Shown in pieces: positions 41,731-54,524 of a stretch of 64,000 nt of DNA; positions within the stretch are counted from its first letter, which is position 1, and every line of letters begins with the position of its first letter. Location: NCBI GenBank assembly GCA_013265495.1, contig MU058213.1, forward strand, positions 1,984,001 to 2,048,000, given 5' to 3'. The translations under genes were made by a program, and so were the position numbers. The notes beneath the pieces were generated by a model that made no database searches, was not told the origin of the DNA, and was given only the letters and a program-made list of their open reading frames with translations. The DNA comes from Vicugna vicugna. Taxonomy: Eukaryota.

Positions 41731-41942
41731 CAGTGGTTCTCAACCTGGGATGATTTTGCCCCACAAAGGACATTTGACAACGTTGAGAGATAATTTTGGT
41801 TGTCACAACTAGGAACACGCTACTGACATCTAGTGGGGAAAAGCCAGGGATGCTGCTGAACATCTCACAGCACAGGATAGTCCCCTACAACAAAGAATCC
41901 CTCAGTGGTCTGAAATGTCAGTGCTCAGGTTGAGAAAGCATG
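41731..41942 (+). mobile_element. MER20 (hAT-Charlie), near full length
   Basis: TIRs cagtggttctcaacc / ggttgagaaagcatg; internal ttttggttgtcacaact and ccagggatgctgct. Confidence 0.88.
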
Positions 41943-42265
41943 TTCTGGACATAGAACTAAATAGTCGTAGTAGTTTTATTTCTTTCTGTTTATATCTAAC
42001 TGTATTCCAAAAAGGATTTGAGGTAATCTGAAAAGGCTTGCAATTAAATAAAACGGGGGAAGGCGAGTGGGAAATGTGTGTGTGTGTGTATGTATGTATG
42101 TATGAAAAATAAGACTGGGAAAAGGTAGAAATTGAAATAATATATCTCAAAAGTAATACATACTGGTGTGTGTGTGTGTATATATATATATCTCAAAGAT
42201 AAAGAAATGGAACTTAAGCAGCCATTGATACAAAATTTTGGCTGTACAAAAAATTGAGTTTCTTA

Positions 42266-42568
42266 GTGTGGTTCTCAGCTCTAGCTGTTTTAAAATTTTT
42301 CCTCAGAGATTCTAATTTCATGGCTCTGTGTTGGGGTTCTGACATCCGGGGGTTTTGCAAAGCTCCTGGCTGGTTAACCTGTTTCTAGATAACTCTATCT
42401 CTAAACTAGTGGCTCTAAACTCTGGCTACACATTAGAATCATCAGGGAGCTTTTTAAAAATACTAATGTCTGGGACCCAGTGCAGGCATCAGGCCAGGCT
42501 AATTAAATCACATTTTCCAAGGTTGGAGCCTCAGCATCAATAAAAGCTCTCCCAGTGATACTAATGTT
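42266..42568. mobile_element. MER5-family hAT MITE remnants (two adjacent pieces)
   Basis: ggctacacattagaatcatcagggagctttttaaaaatactaatg and cagagattctaatt motifs. Confidence 0.65.
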
Positions 42569-43199
42569 TCTAAACTCTTGGATGCTAATGCTTTCCCTGT
42601 TTGTTTGCATATCATCTTATTTTTTTTCTTAAATTGAAAAAAAATACAAAAATATTACATAGTAAAATCGACTCTTTGCCAATCAATTCTATTTAAGAAA
42701 GAAAAGCAAATCTGTTGTATATCAAAAGTAGTTTCAGCATTTTAGCTGAAACTGTACAAGTTGCATACCTAATAAAAAGACATGAAAATCAACTATTAAA
42801 ATGAATATTCTTCTTTTCCTTTTCAAACACTGTCCCCAAACTTTGGACATAGATTAAATCACCTTCAATTATAAAAAAAAATAACAATTTCAAATTAAAG
42901 GAATATTTTTATTTCAATAAAAAATGGAGGAAAAAACTACAACATGTAAAATCAGAAAATTATTAAATTCCTGCTACAAGTTCCTTGAGAAAGGGCCTTT
43001 TTTCTTATTCAAACTTTACATCTCCACCTGAGCACCTCAGTAAAAATTCATTCAGTGGATACGTAAGTCACTACTCTTTCATCCACTTTCTGTCTTTCAG
43101 AAATGCACTATTTTCTCTTGGCCCCTTTCCTCTTCTTATATTTGTGTGATTATCATACTCTCATTGCTTTGCTCGAAGTTTAATGAAACATCTAGAAGG

Positions 43200-43650
43200 A
43201 AAGGAGATAAACATCAAAGGTTGGTTTGCCATCTTGAATTACAAGTCCATTGTTTTCTTTAGACTCTCTTTAATTATACTTTTGGGTTTCCTTTGGCATT
43301 CTCAGACTCCTTTCTTGTTATGCCTGTTTCTTAAATGCTGGTTTTCCTTAGATTTGTGTCTTAGGCTTTCTTATATTCTCATATTTCCCACTCTCTCTGA
43401 GTGAGTTATCCACTCTTGACTTCAAGTGCCATCTGTAAGATGTTGGAAACCCAGACCTATTCAGTGGGCTCTAAGCTTTCCACACGCAACTAGCAATTAG
43501 ATGTCTGCACCTGGATGACTTGGAGAACTTCACACTCCTTGTATTCAAAATGAAGCAAAACATCTTCGCTGCTTTGTTCCCTATTCGCAGTGAAAGGTAT
43601 CATTACCAATGAGTTTTCCAAGTCATTCTTGATCTCACTTTTTCTCTCAC
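43200..43650. mobile_element. L2 LINE remnant (others likely near 2100-2560, 16740-16960, 49750-50990, 52020-52150 and 58600-58760)
   Basis: Pyrimidine-rich L2-like motifs (cttcaagtgccatctg, tctgcacctggatg, agtcattcttgatctc); very diverged. Confidence 0.55.
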
Positions 43651-43685
43651 TGACCCAAGCATGGGGCACTCACTATTCCAAATAT

Positions 43686-43858
43686 ATTTCTCTGAACCAG
43701 CAGCATTGGCCTTGTCCAGGAACATGTTAGAAATGCAAGTTCTTGAACCTCAGCCCTGATCTACTGAACCTGTGCCTCCAGGGATGGGGCACAGAAATCT
43801 GTATTTAAACAAACTCTGAAAGTGGTCCTGATGCAGGCTCAGGGTTGAGGAACACTAG
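43686..43858. mobile_element. MER5A-like hAT MITE
   Basis: accagcagcattggc...gttagaaatgcaa...aatctgtatttaaacaa...ttgaggaacact. Confidence 0.78.
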
Positions 43859-44058
43859 CCTAGAAGACCCTAAGACTGGGTGCCTGCCTGCCTAACTCTC
43901 AGCTCTTGCTGGTGGTTGGAAGTTTTATTAATAAATAATAACCCTCTGTATCAATGTCAAGGCTTTTGTGACATATGTATTAATATATTAACACAGCTAT
44001 ATCAACATAATTTTCATTAGTATCCATCTGATAAATCTTTTTCCATCCATTTACTTTT

Positions 44059-44695
44059 TTTTTACATTTTTTATTGAGTTATAGTCATTTTACAATGTTG
44101 TATCAAATTCCAGTATAGAGCACAATTTTTCAGTTATACATGAACATACATATATTCATTGTCACATTTTTTTTTTCACTGTGAGCTACCACAAGATCTT
44201 GTATATATTTCCCTGTGCTATACAGTATAATCTTGTTTATCTACTCTGCATATGCCTGTTAGTATCTACACATTTTGACCTCCCAGTCTGTCCCTTCCCA
44301 CCCCCAGCCCCCTTGGCAACCACAAGTTTGTATTCTATGTCTATGAGTCTGTTTCTGTTTTGTACTTATGTTCTTTTTTCTTTTCTTTTTTTTTTTTTTT
44401 AGATTCTACATGTGATGTGAAGATCTCATATGGTACTTTTCTTTCTCTTCCTGGCTGGCTTCACTTAGAATGACATTCTCCAGGGACATCCATGTTGCTG
44501 CAAATGGCATTATGTTGTCATTTTTATGGCTGAATAATATTCCATTATATAAATATACCACAACTTCTTTATCCAGTCATTTGTTGATGAACATTTAGGC
44601 TGTTTCCATGTCTTGGCTATTGTAAATAGTGCTGCTATGAACACTGGGGTGCAGGTGTCTTTTTGAAGTAGGGTTCCTTCTGCATATATGCCCAG
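44059..44695 (-). mobile_element. Lineage-specific L1 3' end (~640 nt) nested in an ancient L1M-like fragment
   Basis: Poly-T start, antisense 3'UTR related to the 45.9 and 56 kb copies, perfect 16-bp TSD ccatccatttactttt (44043-44058 and 44696-44711). Confidence 0.9.
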
Positions 44696-45884
44696 CCATC
44701 CATTTACTTTTAATTCTTATATATTCTTATACTGTTTTTTGTTTTTTAAATTGTCTGACAATCTTTGTAATTTAACTAATGGGCTTAGTCCCTTTAATTA
44801 ATTGAGATTACTGGTTTATTCAGATTTATTTCAATTATCTTACTTTGCACTTTCTATTTGTCTTATGTATTGCCATCCCCTTTGGATTAAAAACACTTTT
44901 TTCTATTTTAAATTGAAAGTTATATATTCTACTTCTTTTGTTTTTCTTAGGCTTTCTTATATTCTCATATTTCTTTTGTCTGTTCTTTTAGCAGCCAACC
45001 TAGAAATGTTAAGATGTATATCAAGCTTAAAGTTACAGTTAATTAACATCCTTATCCACCTCTAGGACACCAGAACACACAAAATCTGATAACTGCATTT
45101 ACTATGTGCACTTGGTGATTAGGATTGTGTGTCTGTGGGGGGGGTATACATAAACATTACTGTAATATAGTCTGTGTTTAAATTTTGTAAAATTTGCTGG
45201 GTTTGTTCAAAATTCCTTCTTCCATCTCAGATCTTCCTTCTGAAATCATTGTCCTTACTGAAAAATATAACTCAGAATTTCAAAACTTACAGCAGGTCTG
45301 TTGGCAGTGAAGGCTCTCAGTGTTCGTCTTAAATGTTACTATTTTGTCCTAAGTTTTGGAAGATATTTTTCCTAGAGATACAATTCTAAGTTGACACATA
45401 TCTCCTCTCAACTTTTGGAAGATATTTCAGTTATTTCATCTTCATTTTACTGTTAAGAAGTCAGTTTTCAGTTTAATTAACATTTCTTTATAAGTAATCT
45501 GCTTTCTCTCACTGACTACTTTCGGGAGCTTCCCTTTTTCTTTGGCATTCCATCATTTCAGCATCAGGTTCCAGATATTTATGTCCCTTCACTTATCCTG
45601 GAATTCACTGGGATTCCTGAATGTTACGTTTATGTCTGCAGATTAAGTGATAATTTGGGGGAAAAAAATGAAAAACCTAAGTCAGGAAGCAAGTCATGAT
45701 CAGCATGAATCTGATCATCTTGGAGGTAGAAATGTTAAGCCCACGGTCACTTCCTGGGACTCTTCAAAGCTAAAAATAATCATTGTTATTTGGGGAAATA
45801 ATAGGCCATGCCTCATAAATTTAATAAATTTCAGAAGTTTGAAATAGGATTTGCTATTTATGCAGTAGCAAAAGAGTAGGTGCT

Positions 45885-46084
45885 TTCAAAATTGTAGAAT
45901 AGATAAACAAGATTACACTGTATAGCACAGGGAAATATACAGAAAATGTTATGATAAATCACAGAGAAAAAAATGTGACAATGAGTGTGTATATGTCCAT
46001 GAATGACTGAAAAATTGTGCTGAACACTGGAATTTGACACAACATTGTAAAATGATTATAAATCAATAAAAAATGTTAAAAAAA
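45885..46084 (+). mobile_element. Young, heavily 5'-truncated L1 3' end with poly(A)
   Basis: Perfect 15-bp TSD aaaagagtaggtgct (45870-45884 and 46085-46099); aataaa and A tail. Confidence 0.9.
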
Positions 46085-47191
46085 AAAAGAGTAGGTGCTG
46101 CCTAAGAAGTGTTAAGTGCCAGACGCCAAAAAAGTAAGAGTTCTAGAAAATTCAAATCATCTTGGAAAAGGAAGAGCAAACCAGGCTCCTTGGCTCTTCA
46201 ACAGTTAATTTACAAGACTTACACAGCTGAATTCATCTGTCATCAAGAATTTGTACCTTAACCTTAATTTCTTTTTTGGAGCTAGACCACTGCGAACAAA
46301 AACCTCAAGGTGGAACTCAGTTACTTTTCAGGTCTACTTTGCACTTTGCTATTCATTTTCTCAACTCAGAAAAATTCACTATCCTCCAAATTCTCTAGAT
46401 TGGGAATAAATATCTCAGCCTGTGTAGCAGGCTTTGTGGCAGCCCCAGTGTATGAAAGCTAGGCAACTGTTAAAAAAGGAGAATGTTCTAGGACATTTCA
46501 TTTTAGCCTCATCCAAAGTTCAGTCTAACAATTACGGCTTTGCTATAAGCTATGGGAATATGTACCTCTTTGATGTCTGTTCCACTAGCCATTGTGTTAA
46601 CTATTCAGTTTCTACAAGTTGGACACTTGATTCCTCATTCTTTTGGTTCTCAGAATTCAAAGCCACATAGTTTCTCCTGGGGTTAAAAACGAAAAAGGAA
46701 GGGATTTGTTTCAACCAGCAACCCGATCCTCATTCACAAACACATGCTGAATCAATTCCGCATTCCTGAATATACTTCGGCAAATATCTCATCAGCAGAG
46801 TCTAGTTCATAGTAGCTCTTTGTCAGTGGGGCTTTTTCCTACAACGAAGTCCTATTTCCTTGGAACAAACCTCCTTCCATGAGATTGCACCCACATCACT
46901 ATGGGTGCACATCCCTTCTCTCTCCCACATTCCACTTACAATGAAGTCCTCTCTTCTGTTCATTTAAAAATGATTTCAGACGACCGTAAAACATGAAGAC
47001 TGTAACTACTGAATAGTTCTACAACTTGCATGGGTTTGCTTAATAGCTCGAAGAGAGTTATTACATGAAAAAAGACAAGTGTCCAGACCTCCATTTTCAG
47101 TTTTGTAATAGGTGGCATGTGCCCATATCCTTCATACAGTGAGGCTGCCACGAAGCCTGATACGTATTGAGATGTTTAAAGATTGGGAGTC

Positions 47192-47480
47192 CTGCAGACA
47201 CAGTAAATAATCGTATGGTTACCAGGAGAAAGAGGATGGGAGGGGATAAATTTGGGAGTTTGAGATCTGCAAATGTTAGCCACGATGTATAAAAATAGAT
47301 TTAAAAAACTAATTTCTTATGTATAGCAAAGGGAACTATATTTAATATCCTGTAATAACCTTTAATGAAAAAGAATGTGACAACAAATCTGTGTACGTAT
47401 ATGCATGACTGGGACATTGTGCTGTACACCACAAATTGACACATTGTAACTGACTATACTTCAATTAAAAAAGAGAAAAA
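47192..47480 (+). mobile_element. L1 3' end of an older lineage-specific subfamily
   Basis: gggataaatttgggagtttgagat...ttgtaactgactatacttcaattaaaaa; degenerate TSD aaagattgggagtc / aaaggttgagagtc. Confidence 0.85.
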
Positions 47481-47671
47481 AAAGGTTGAGAGTCACTGTA
47501 CTGATGACAGTCGTTGGGACTGTCACACACTTTATTCAACCATTCAAGATATATAACATTTCCTATATGTTAATCACTAAAGTTTCCTTCATCCCTAGAA
47601 TTCTGTACCTCATCAGAGCTTTTTAAAAGGAAGAAGGAAGGGAGACAGACATTTCCACACCTCTCACCTAC

Positions 47672-47778
47672 CCGTTCTCAGCAGCACTAACGACAAACGG
47701 CTGTTTGGAGAAGTCTCTCGCTCTCGCCAAACACGTTACTGCAGCCGAGTGACCGAAAAGAAGTTCTTTGGCCGAAAT
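47672..47778 (-). CDS. WDR72: WDR72 exon 3, 107 nt
   Basis: [35 protein letters not shown](G); acceptor ttttCAG|ATT; donor CGG|GTAGGT; not in the ORF track, read manually. Confidence 0.95.
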
Positions 47779-50357
47779 CTGAAAATGATTAGGGTAAGTT
47801 TTTAAACAGTTATAAATTTTTAGTTGAAGAATATGAACACGACATTATATAACATTCATAATTCCGATTAAGAAATGCTGTTATATTATGTTTTTGCTGT
47901 ACATAAGTTTCAGAAAAACATATATTAGCATATCAAAATCCCCAGAATAACAAACTTCTAGATAAAGGAACTGTGTTATATAAACATCTTTTGTTTGTTT
48001 GTTTTTGGGTCTGTATTCATCATGAAACCTAGATGATTGCCAGACCTGTTTTACAACATCTAGGTTTTGAACACAAATATATCAGTATTGATGTTTCTTA
48101 TGCACAAAACATGGCCAGATGATAGTAGCATATTAATGTCCAAATTTCAGAATTCAGAAATCAGTTTGCAAAATAACGCAGAGAAAACATTACCCTTTCT
48201 GTACCCATTACCTTATTTGAACTCCTGCCTCAGAAATAGTAAAAATGAACTTTTCTACATTAAAAATAAAATTTTCAGTAGGCTATTCTTTAAAATGCCA
48301 GTATTTTTCTCCTGTATGTGAATTTAAAACATGACACCAAGGACTAATTCTTCCATTACCTCATGTGTGGAAGAAGTCTATTCCTCATTCCCCAATCCTA
48401 TCAATAAGAACAAATTATTTCGTAACATAATTGTTCTCTGCCTTCATCTTAGTTATATCCTAATCAGAAATATTTCTTTAAAAATACGTTATCAGACTAA
48501 ATTCCTAGCACTACAAAGAGGGTTTTGCACTTGGTTCTAATCACTTACAAACCAAGTTCCCTACCTTAGTCCTGGGAAATATAGAAGGTTTTGTCTCAGA
48601 AAACAACATACTATCTTTCTGCAAAATCACGCTTTGAAATACATGCCTCTAGGAATTTAAGTCCTTATCCTGTATATTACAGGCCAAATTAAACAGTGAG
48701 TTAGGGCAAATCAAGGATATTCCTCTCCCAGAGAAAATCCACTATGGACAAAATATCAGAACGGAACATCATTGCCTTTCATATGAAGTCCTCACTCTGC
48801 TAAACCTCTACACGTAGTTGAATAAGCTGTGACAATTCATCATAATCTCATTTTGTCACATTTTAGAACTTCTGTGAAGAATAACAACAACAAAAATTCT
48901 ACAGTCACACCTAGTCACGGTCATGATGAAATCCAGGAAAACTTCACTTCTATTCATGGGCTCCACCTCTATGAAGCTTTGGTACCCCCAACTCCCACCC
49001 TAGGTACTTCTAATAGCACAGTGGAAAAAGGAAACGAATACACAGCTTGATGAACATCTACCATAGTCCAGGCACTGGTGCAACTAGGAACAGGATTTCA
49101 CCCCCATTTCATAGCTGAGGAAATTAGGGCTCAAAGAATATGTCATTTGCCCAATTCCACAGAGCTGGTAAATACCAGGGCTAGAATTTGACCAAGATCT
49201 CCATTCTTTTTCTCTTCACGGTATTGCTTTTCCTCATTTTGTCATTGTTGTGTTTCCTTATGAGTATGAAACATGAAGAAAAATAGAGCATACCAATACA
49301 AACAGGAAGAAAAATAGAGCATATCAATATATCTGAGAGGATGTTCAGCTCACCTTTCTCTATGCTCAGAGGTGTGATGAACACCAGCAATCAACACCAG
49401 AAGCCCCCAGGGAGGGAGTTCCTAGCATGGGACTTGGAAAAGCTCCTCACTGGTAAACCTCACAAAGTTCTGGGGTAACTAGAAGGCTTTGGGAGTTAGA
49501 CCCTGAGCTTGGAAGCAGAAGGGGTAACCTAAATGTGGGATGAGCAGCCCAGGACAGGTAGACGGCTATTCTCGGCTCTTCTGCACCCTGCCATCCATGG
49601 ACAGGGAAAGTCTGAGATGTGTACCCAACCCCTAATGATTGCTTGGATACCTCCAAGATGCACAGAACTCAAATCACTGACTTTCCTTCCCTATTCCTAC
49701 TCTCTAATCTTCTCTATTCATTATGCAAGTGATACTGTCATTACACCAGTCCTAGCCATCACCCAATCCCCAAATCTGGAAGGTTTCTTTAGCTGTTCCT
49801 GCTGCTTTACCTGACATCCAACTGGTTTCTCTGTTCCGCCCATTCTCTCTTATTAACATCATTCCAGGTTTCATGTCCTCTTCATTCCCACTGCCACTGA
49901 TTTGGTTCATAGTCAAAAACTTCCCTGACTACATTGCTGTAGAAGCCTCCTGCCCACAGTCCCTCTCCCTTATCTCATCTCCCTCTCCTTTTCAATATAT
50001 CCTTAATATCAAGTGATATTTGATATATCATCTCATATAAAACATCCTCAAAACCCCTTAATATTGTCACTGCTTTTAATTAGCATGTGGTGTTCTTGCT
50101 AGTTAAAAAAAAAAGTAAACCCCTCAGCATGTCAGATTCCATGTTGAGTCTACTCTGTCCTCTCCAGATGTGCCTGTCACCTCTAACTTACCCTTTATGT
50201 TCCACATCTACTCAACTACTTTCACCAGTTCCCTGCCTTACACACATGCACTTATTCTGCCTGGAATCTCCTCCCACCTGCCTTTCCTGTTCAGGTTTGG
50301 TGTATCCTTTAGAACTCAGGTCAGGCATCACCCTCAGAAACTTTTCCTTTCAAAAGC

Positions 50358-50865
50358 ACACTTCACCCTGATTAGAATGGCTATGAAAACAACAACAGCA
50401 ATATAAAATAACAAGTGTTGGTAAAGATGTTGAAAAATTGGAACCTCTGGGCACTGCTAGCGAGAATATAAAATGGTGCAGCCGCCTTAGAAAACAGTTT
50501 GACAGTTCCTCAAAGAATTTAAAATAGAGCTACCATACAGTCCAGTAATTCTACTTCTGGGTACAGCCCAAAGAAGTGAAAGCAGGGACTCAAACATAGA
50601 TCTGTACACCCACGTTCATGGCAGCACCAATCACAATAGTCAAAAGCCAGAAGCAATCCAAGTGTCCACTGATGAATGGATAAACAAAATGTGGTATACA
50701 CATACAATGAAGTATTACTGAGCCTTGAAAGGAAGGACATTCGGACATATCCTACAATACATATGAAACTTGAGAACACTGTGTTAGGTGAAATAAGCCA
50801 GCAGCAAAAGGATAAATGTCGTATGACTCTATGCATATGAGATACATAGAGTAGTCAAATTCAGA
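50358..50865 (+). mobile_element. LINE-1 (L1MB-like) fragment inside L2-like sequence
   Basis: aacaagtgttggtaaagatgt...ggtgcagcc...aaacagtttgacagttcctcaa...gagtagtcaaattc, typical of the L1M ORF2 3' region. Confidence 0.8.
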
Positions 50866-51751
50866 CTGCATCCCACTGCTTTACAACTTCCTAATGACAC
50901 GTCTGTCCCCCCATCAGACTTTGAGAAACCTGAAGGAGGAATCTGTGCCTAGAACAAAAGCACCTGTGTAGTTTATCTAATGACTGCATAAATGAGTGTA
51001 CTTAGGTTTGTTTTTTCTGCTTCACTTGGTGGTGAGTGAGTGTTTAAGTCCACAGAACCTGATAAATTCTCTTACCTACACCGTTTTGGAGAGGAGAAGA
51101 GGCTTTCCAAATTTAGTGCAAAGAGGACGTAAACAGCTCCCAGTTCATTTTACATCCCTCTTCCTTCCAGTGTCCTTCTCCCCTTCCTGCTCTCTTCCCC
51201 TGTGATATGCCCACAGCCTCAAGATGCCCGACAGCTCCTCGGTCTCCCGCACAGTTGTAACCTCTCTCACAAGCCCACGTCTTCAAGGACTCCCTTCTTC
51301 TTCCCCTGACTGAATTATTCCTTTATATATACATTTTAAAAACAAAAATGAAATTAAACTACCAAGCACTAAAATATCAATGATGGACCACTCACTTGAC
51401 TTTCTTACATATAACAAGAGGATTTCTTGAGAACTTAAAAGTGCTCTGAATTTTGGAAAGCCTAGAGTTTTCCCTGCTAACCATTGGCCCACTGTCATGT
51501 AAGGGCAAGAGTCAAAAAATAAGAGATGTTCATTGTTTCTGGGCCTATGATTAGCCATAGAAAATCTTAGGGAAAACTCTCATGTGGAAAATCCCACATT
51601 CATACTAATCAATATCTTATTCATGTTACTTTTTCACGATGTCCTCACAGTGAGTTACCAAAATATAAAGCTGATTCAGTCTCCTCAATGATTCTTCTTG
51701 CTTCTTCCACCCCTGCCGATCTGATTTCCATCCCCACCCCATGTCTCTAAT

Positions 51752-51885
51752 AGAGGATTTCTCAATATTGGCACCTATTAGCATTTTGGATGGATAGTTT
51801 TTTTGTTGTGAGGGGCTGTCACATGCACTCCCAAGTGTTTACAGTATACCTGGCCCCTACCCACTAGACACCAGTAGCATCTCCC
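51752..51885 (-). mobile_element. Partial MER20
   Basis: tttctcaatattggcac...tgttgtgaggggctgtc...cctacccactagacaccagtagca. Confidence 0.7.
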
Positions 51886-53292
51886 TTTCTACTGCTCTAG
51901 CCCCAAGCACGTGCTCCTAAGAAAAGCATGAAACAACTATTCCCACTGAAGATGCAGTACAGACTGATCCCTAAGAAGAGCACCCTGTATTAGAACCTAC
52001 CTGCACGTGGAGCCTGTGTCCTTCCTCTACTGCACTGTGACCTCTTGGGCAGCCAGCACCTGGTCTTTTCATTCATCTTTGAATGCAGGTACCTAGCATA
52101 CTGCCTAACTTTCAATATGCACTCAGTAAATACATGCTGGATAAATTCTGAATAAATACCAGGAACATACAGAAAGATGATACAAACATAAAAAGATACA
52201 GATGCCAGGATTCCAAATTTCTTAAGCTTATAGCAACCTACATATTACAAGGCAACAACTGCAGACAAAAAACCACTACAATTTGACACTCAAAAAAGTA
52301 GCAAGATATTTTAAGCCGTTTAGGAGTCTGAGTCTAAACTCTAAGGGAAAATAAATGCAAAGGCCAGTTTCGAAGTTCAACTGTTTCAACAATACCCAGT
52401 CCTTCTTTCAGGAATATACATAACCACTGAGCTGAGCTGGTCTGCTTGCAGCTCTTGGCAGGCCTACAGTGTAACTGTTCAGTGATGGGAGATGTTAATT
52501 AATTACACTATAAAATAGAATTACAATTAATTGTTAATTTAGGTTTTAAAGTGACAAACTTTAAAGGCTAAAAATAGTCTTTGATCTTTAAAAAGGCTTC
52601 TTAATGAGGGCAGTATACTTTAAGCACGTCATTAGTTTAAGTGTTCAAATTGGGTCTAGAGGCTACTAGAGCTAAGCAAGTATCTATTCCAATATGTTAA
52701 ATGTTTATGAGTTGGGACAAGGACAATTAATTGCTGATCAATGGACCAAATCCTAGGTGAAGTCAGGTTCTGAAATAGGAGGACGACAATAGTAAACTGG
52801 ATTTAGAGCTTTTCAATGTGACCTATAAAAATCATAGGCAAGCAGAGATTAAAAGGATAGCGAGAAAGCCAAACTGACAGAAACACCCAGATAATTAAGA
52901 TATTACTCATTTAGTTAATAGTGGTTTTCAAGGGTGCCCTCTGTTTAGATTAATGAGCTATAATTTTTAGAATTATACTTACATGCCTATAGTTCCGTTA
53001 CTTAAATGTATAATTCAGGATATAAAATAGTCAAACTCAGCTTAGCTTAAAGGATGATAACACTCAGCTGGTAGGTAAGATTAGCAATATTCATAACATA
53101 ATTGTCAAATACGATCTTGATTCACCATATAACACTTTATTTTTCCAAATTCAGAACGAACACCAATTTATTACTTCCTTAAGCACATTGTCAACTATCA
53201 TGCAAAACTCCCACTGTCCCTGCAGGTAGAAGAAGCAAGCTGTGTGTATTATGTGAGTGCTATCTGCTTCAATATTAATCGTTTTCACTAAC

Positions 53293-53445
53293 CTTTAGTT
53301 CAGATGAGAGATTCCAGAGACAGAGCTGACCCTCTTGACTTCCAGTCACAATCATCTGCTGGTCATCAGTGATCATGATGGCAGTGATGCTGTGGGAAGG
53401 GGCCTTCTTTCCCCAGAATGCCACTGCCTGCAGGAAGGCCCTCAT
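53293..53445 (-). CDS. WDR72: WDR72 exon 2 coding part, 153 nt (exon starts at 53457 with 12 nt of 5'UTR)
   Basis: [51 protein letters not shown]; acceptor tgtgCAG|GATTCTTTCAACATG; donor AAG|GTTAGT. Confidence 0.96.
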
Positions 53446-54085
53446 GTTGAAAGAATCCTGCACACACACAGATGGGAAGAAGTGTTCACAGTTACCATTT
53501 ATACATTTTGGGAAAGTGATCATCACTCAAACAACGTGTACTCCCAGAGCTGTGGAGAAGGCTGCTTCTCCATCTGGTAGAGAGGGAGGTGGTCATCAGA
53601 CATTGAAATTACCACGCCCAGGGTTAGTTTGTTAAAGAAGAATAATTTTGATTCCAATCCTTGATTATTGATGCTAACGAAGAGAAGGATAGGAGTAGTC
53701 TGCCCGCCCCACGCCCCCTCCTGCCTGTGGGCGACCTTATACTCTGAAGTCCATCTGTACCTTTCAAGAATAGAGTTGTCAACAGGCTATAGTTTGAAGA
53801 CAACATTGTAGACTCTCTCTCCCCAGAAATGGTAGCTCACCTAACTGAACTTTGCTATTAAAAAGTAACTATTTTCTATAAAATCAATGTTTCCTGGTCT
53901 TCAAAGATTCATGTATGGCTGCCATGATTTCTGTCATATTCATGTTCCACCTGTAGAACTTTTAATTGTAATTTTTATTTGACCTATTTTTATATTTAGT
54001 ACCTTCCCAAACAATAATTTTTATGAAATCACTATCTTCACGTGTTAGTTACAGGGTTTAAATGACTATATAATTATCAAAAAAG

Positions 54086-54524
54086 TTTTCCAAATACAAC
54101 TTTCCAAATCTATGGGATGCATCAAAAGCAGTTCTAAGAGGGAAGTTTATAGTGATACAAGCCTACTTCAGGAAACAAGAAAAATCTCAAATAAACAACC
54201 TCATCTTACACCTCAAGGAACTAGAAGAAGATGAACAAAGAACAAAGTTAGCAAAGGAAAGAAATCACAAAGATCAGAGCAGAAATAAATGAAATAGAGA
54301 CCAAAAATAAAAAAAAAACACAGAAGATCAATGGAACTAAGCTGGTCCTTTGAAAAGATAAACAAAATTAATAAACCTGTAGTTGGACTCATCAAACAAA
54401 AAAAAAGTGTTCGAGTAAAATCACAAATGAAAAGGAGAAGTTATAACTGACACTGCAGAAATACCAAGGATCATAAAAAAATTACTAGGAACATGCCAGT
54501 AAAAATGGACAACAAAGAAGAAAT
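54086..54524 (+). mobile_element. Internal L1 ORF2 fragment
   Basis: caaatctatgggatgcatcaaaagcagttctaagagggaagtttatag encodes [20 protein letters not shown] post-endonuclease ORF2 sequence; no 3'UTR or poly(A). Confidence 0.85.
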
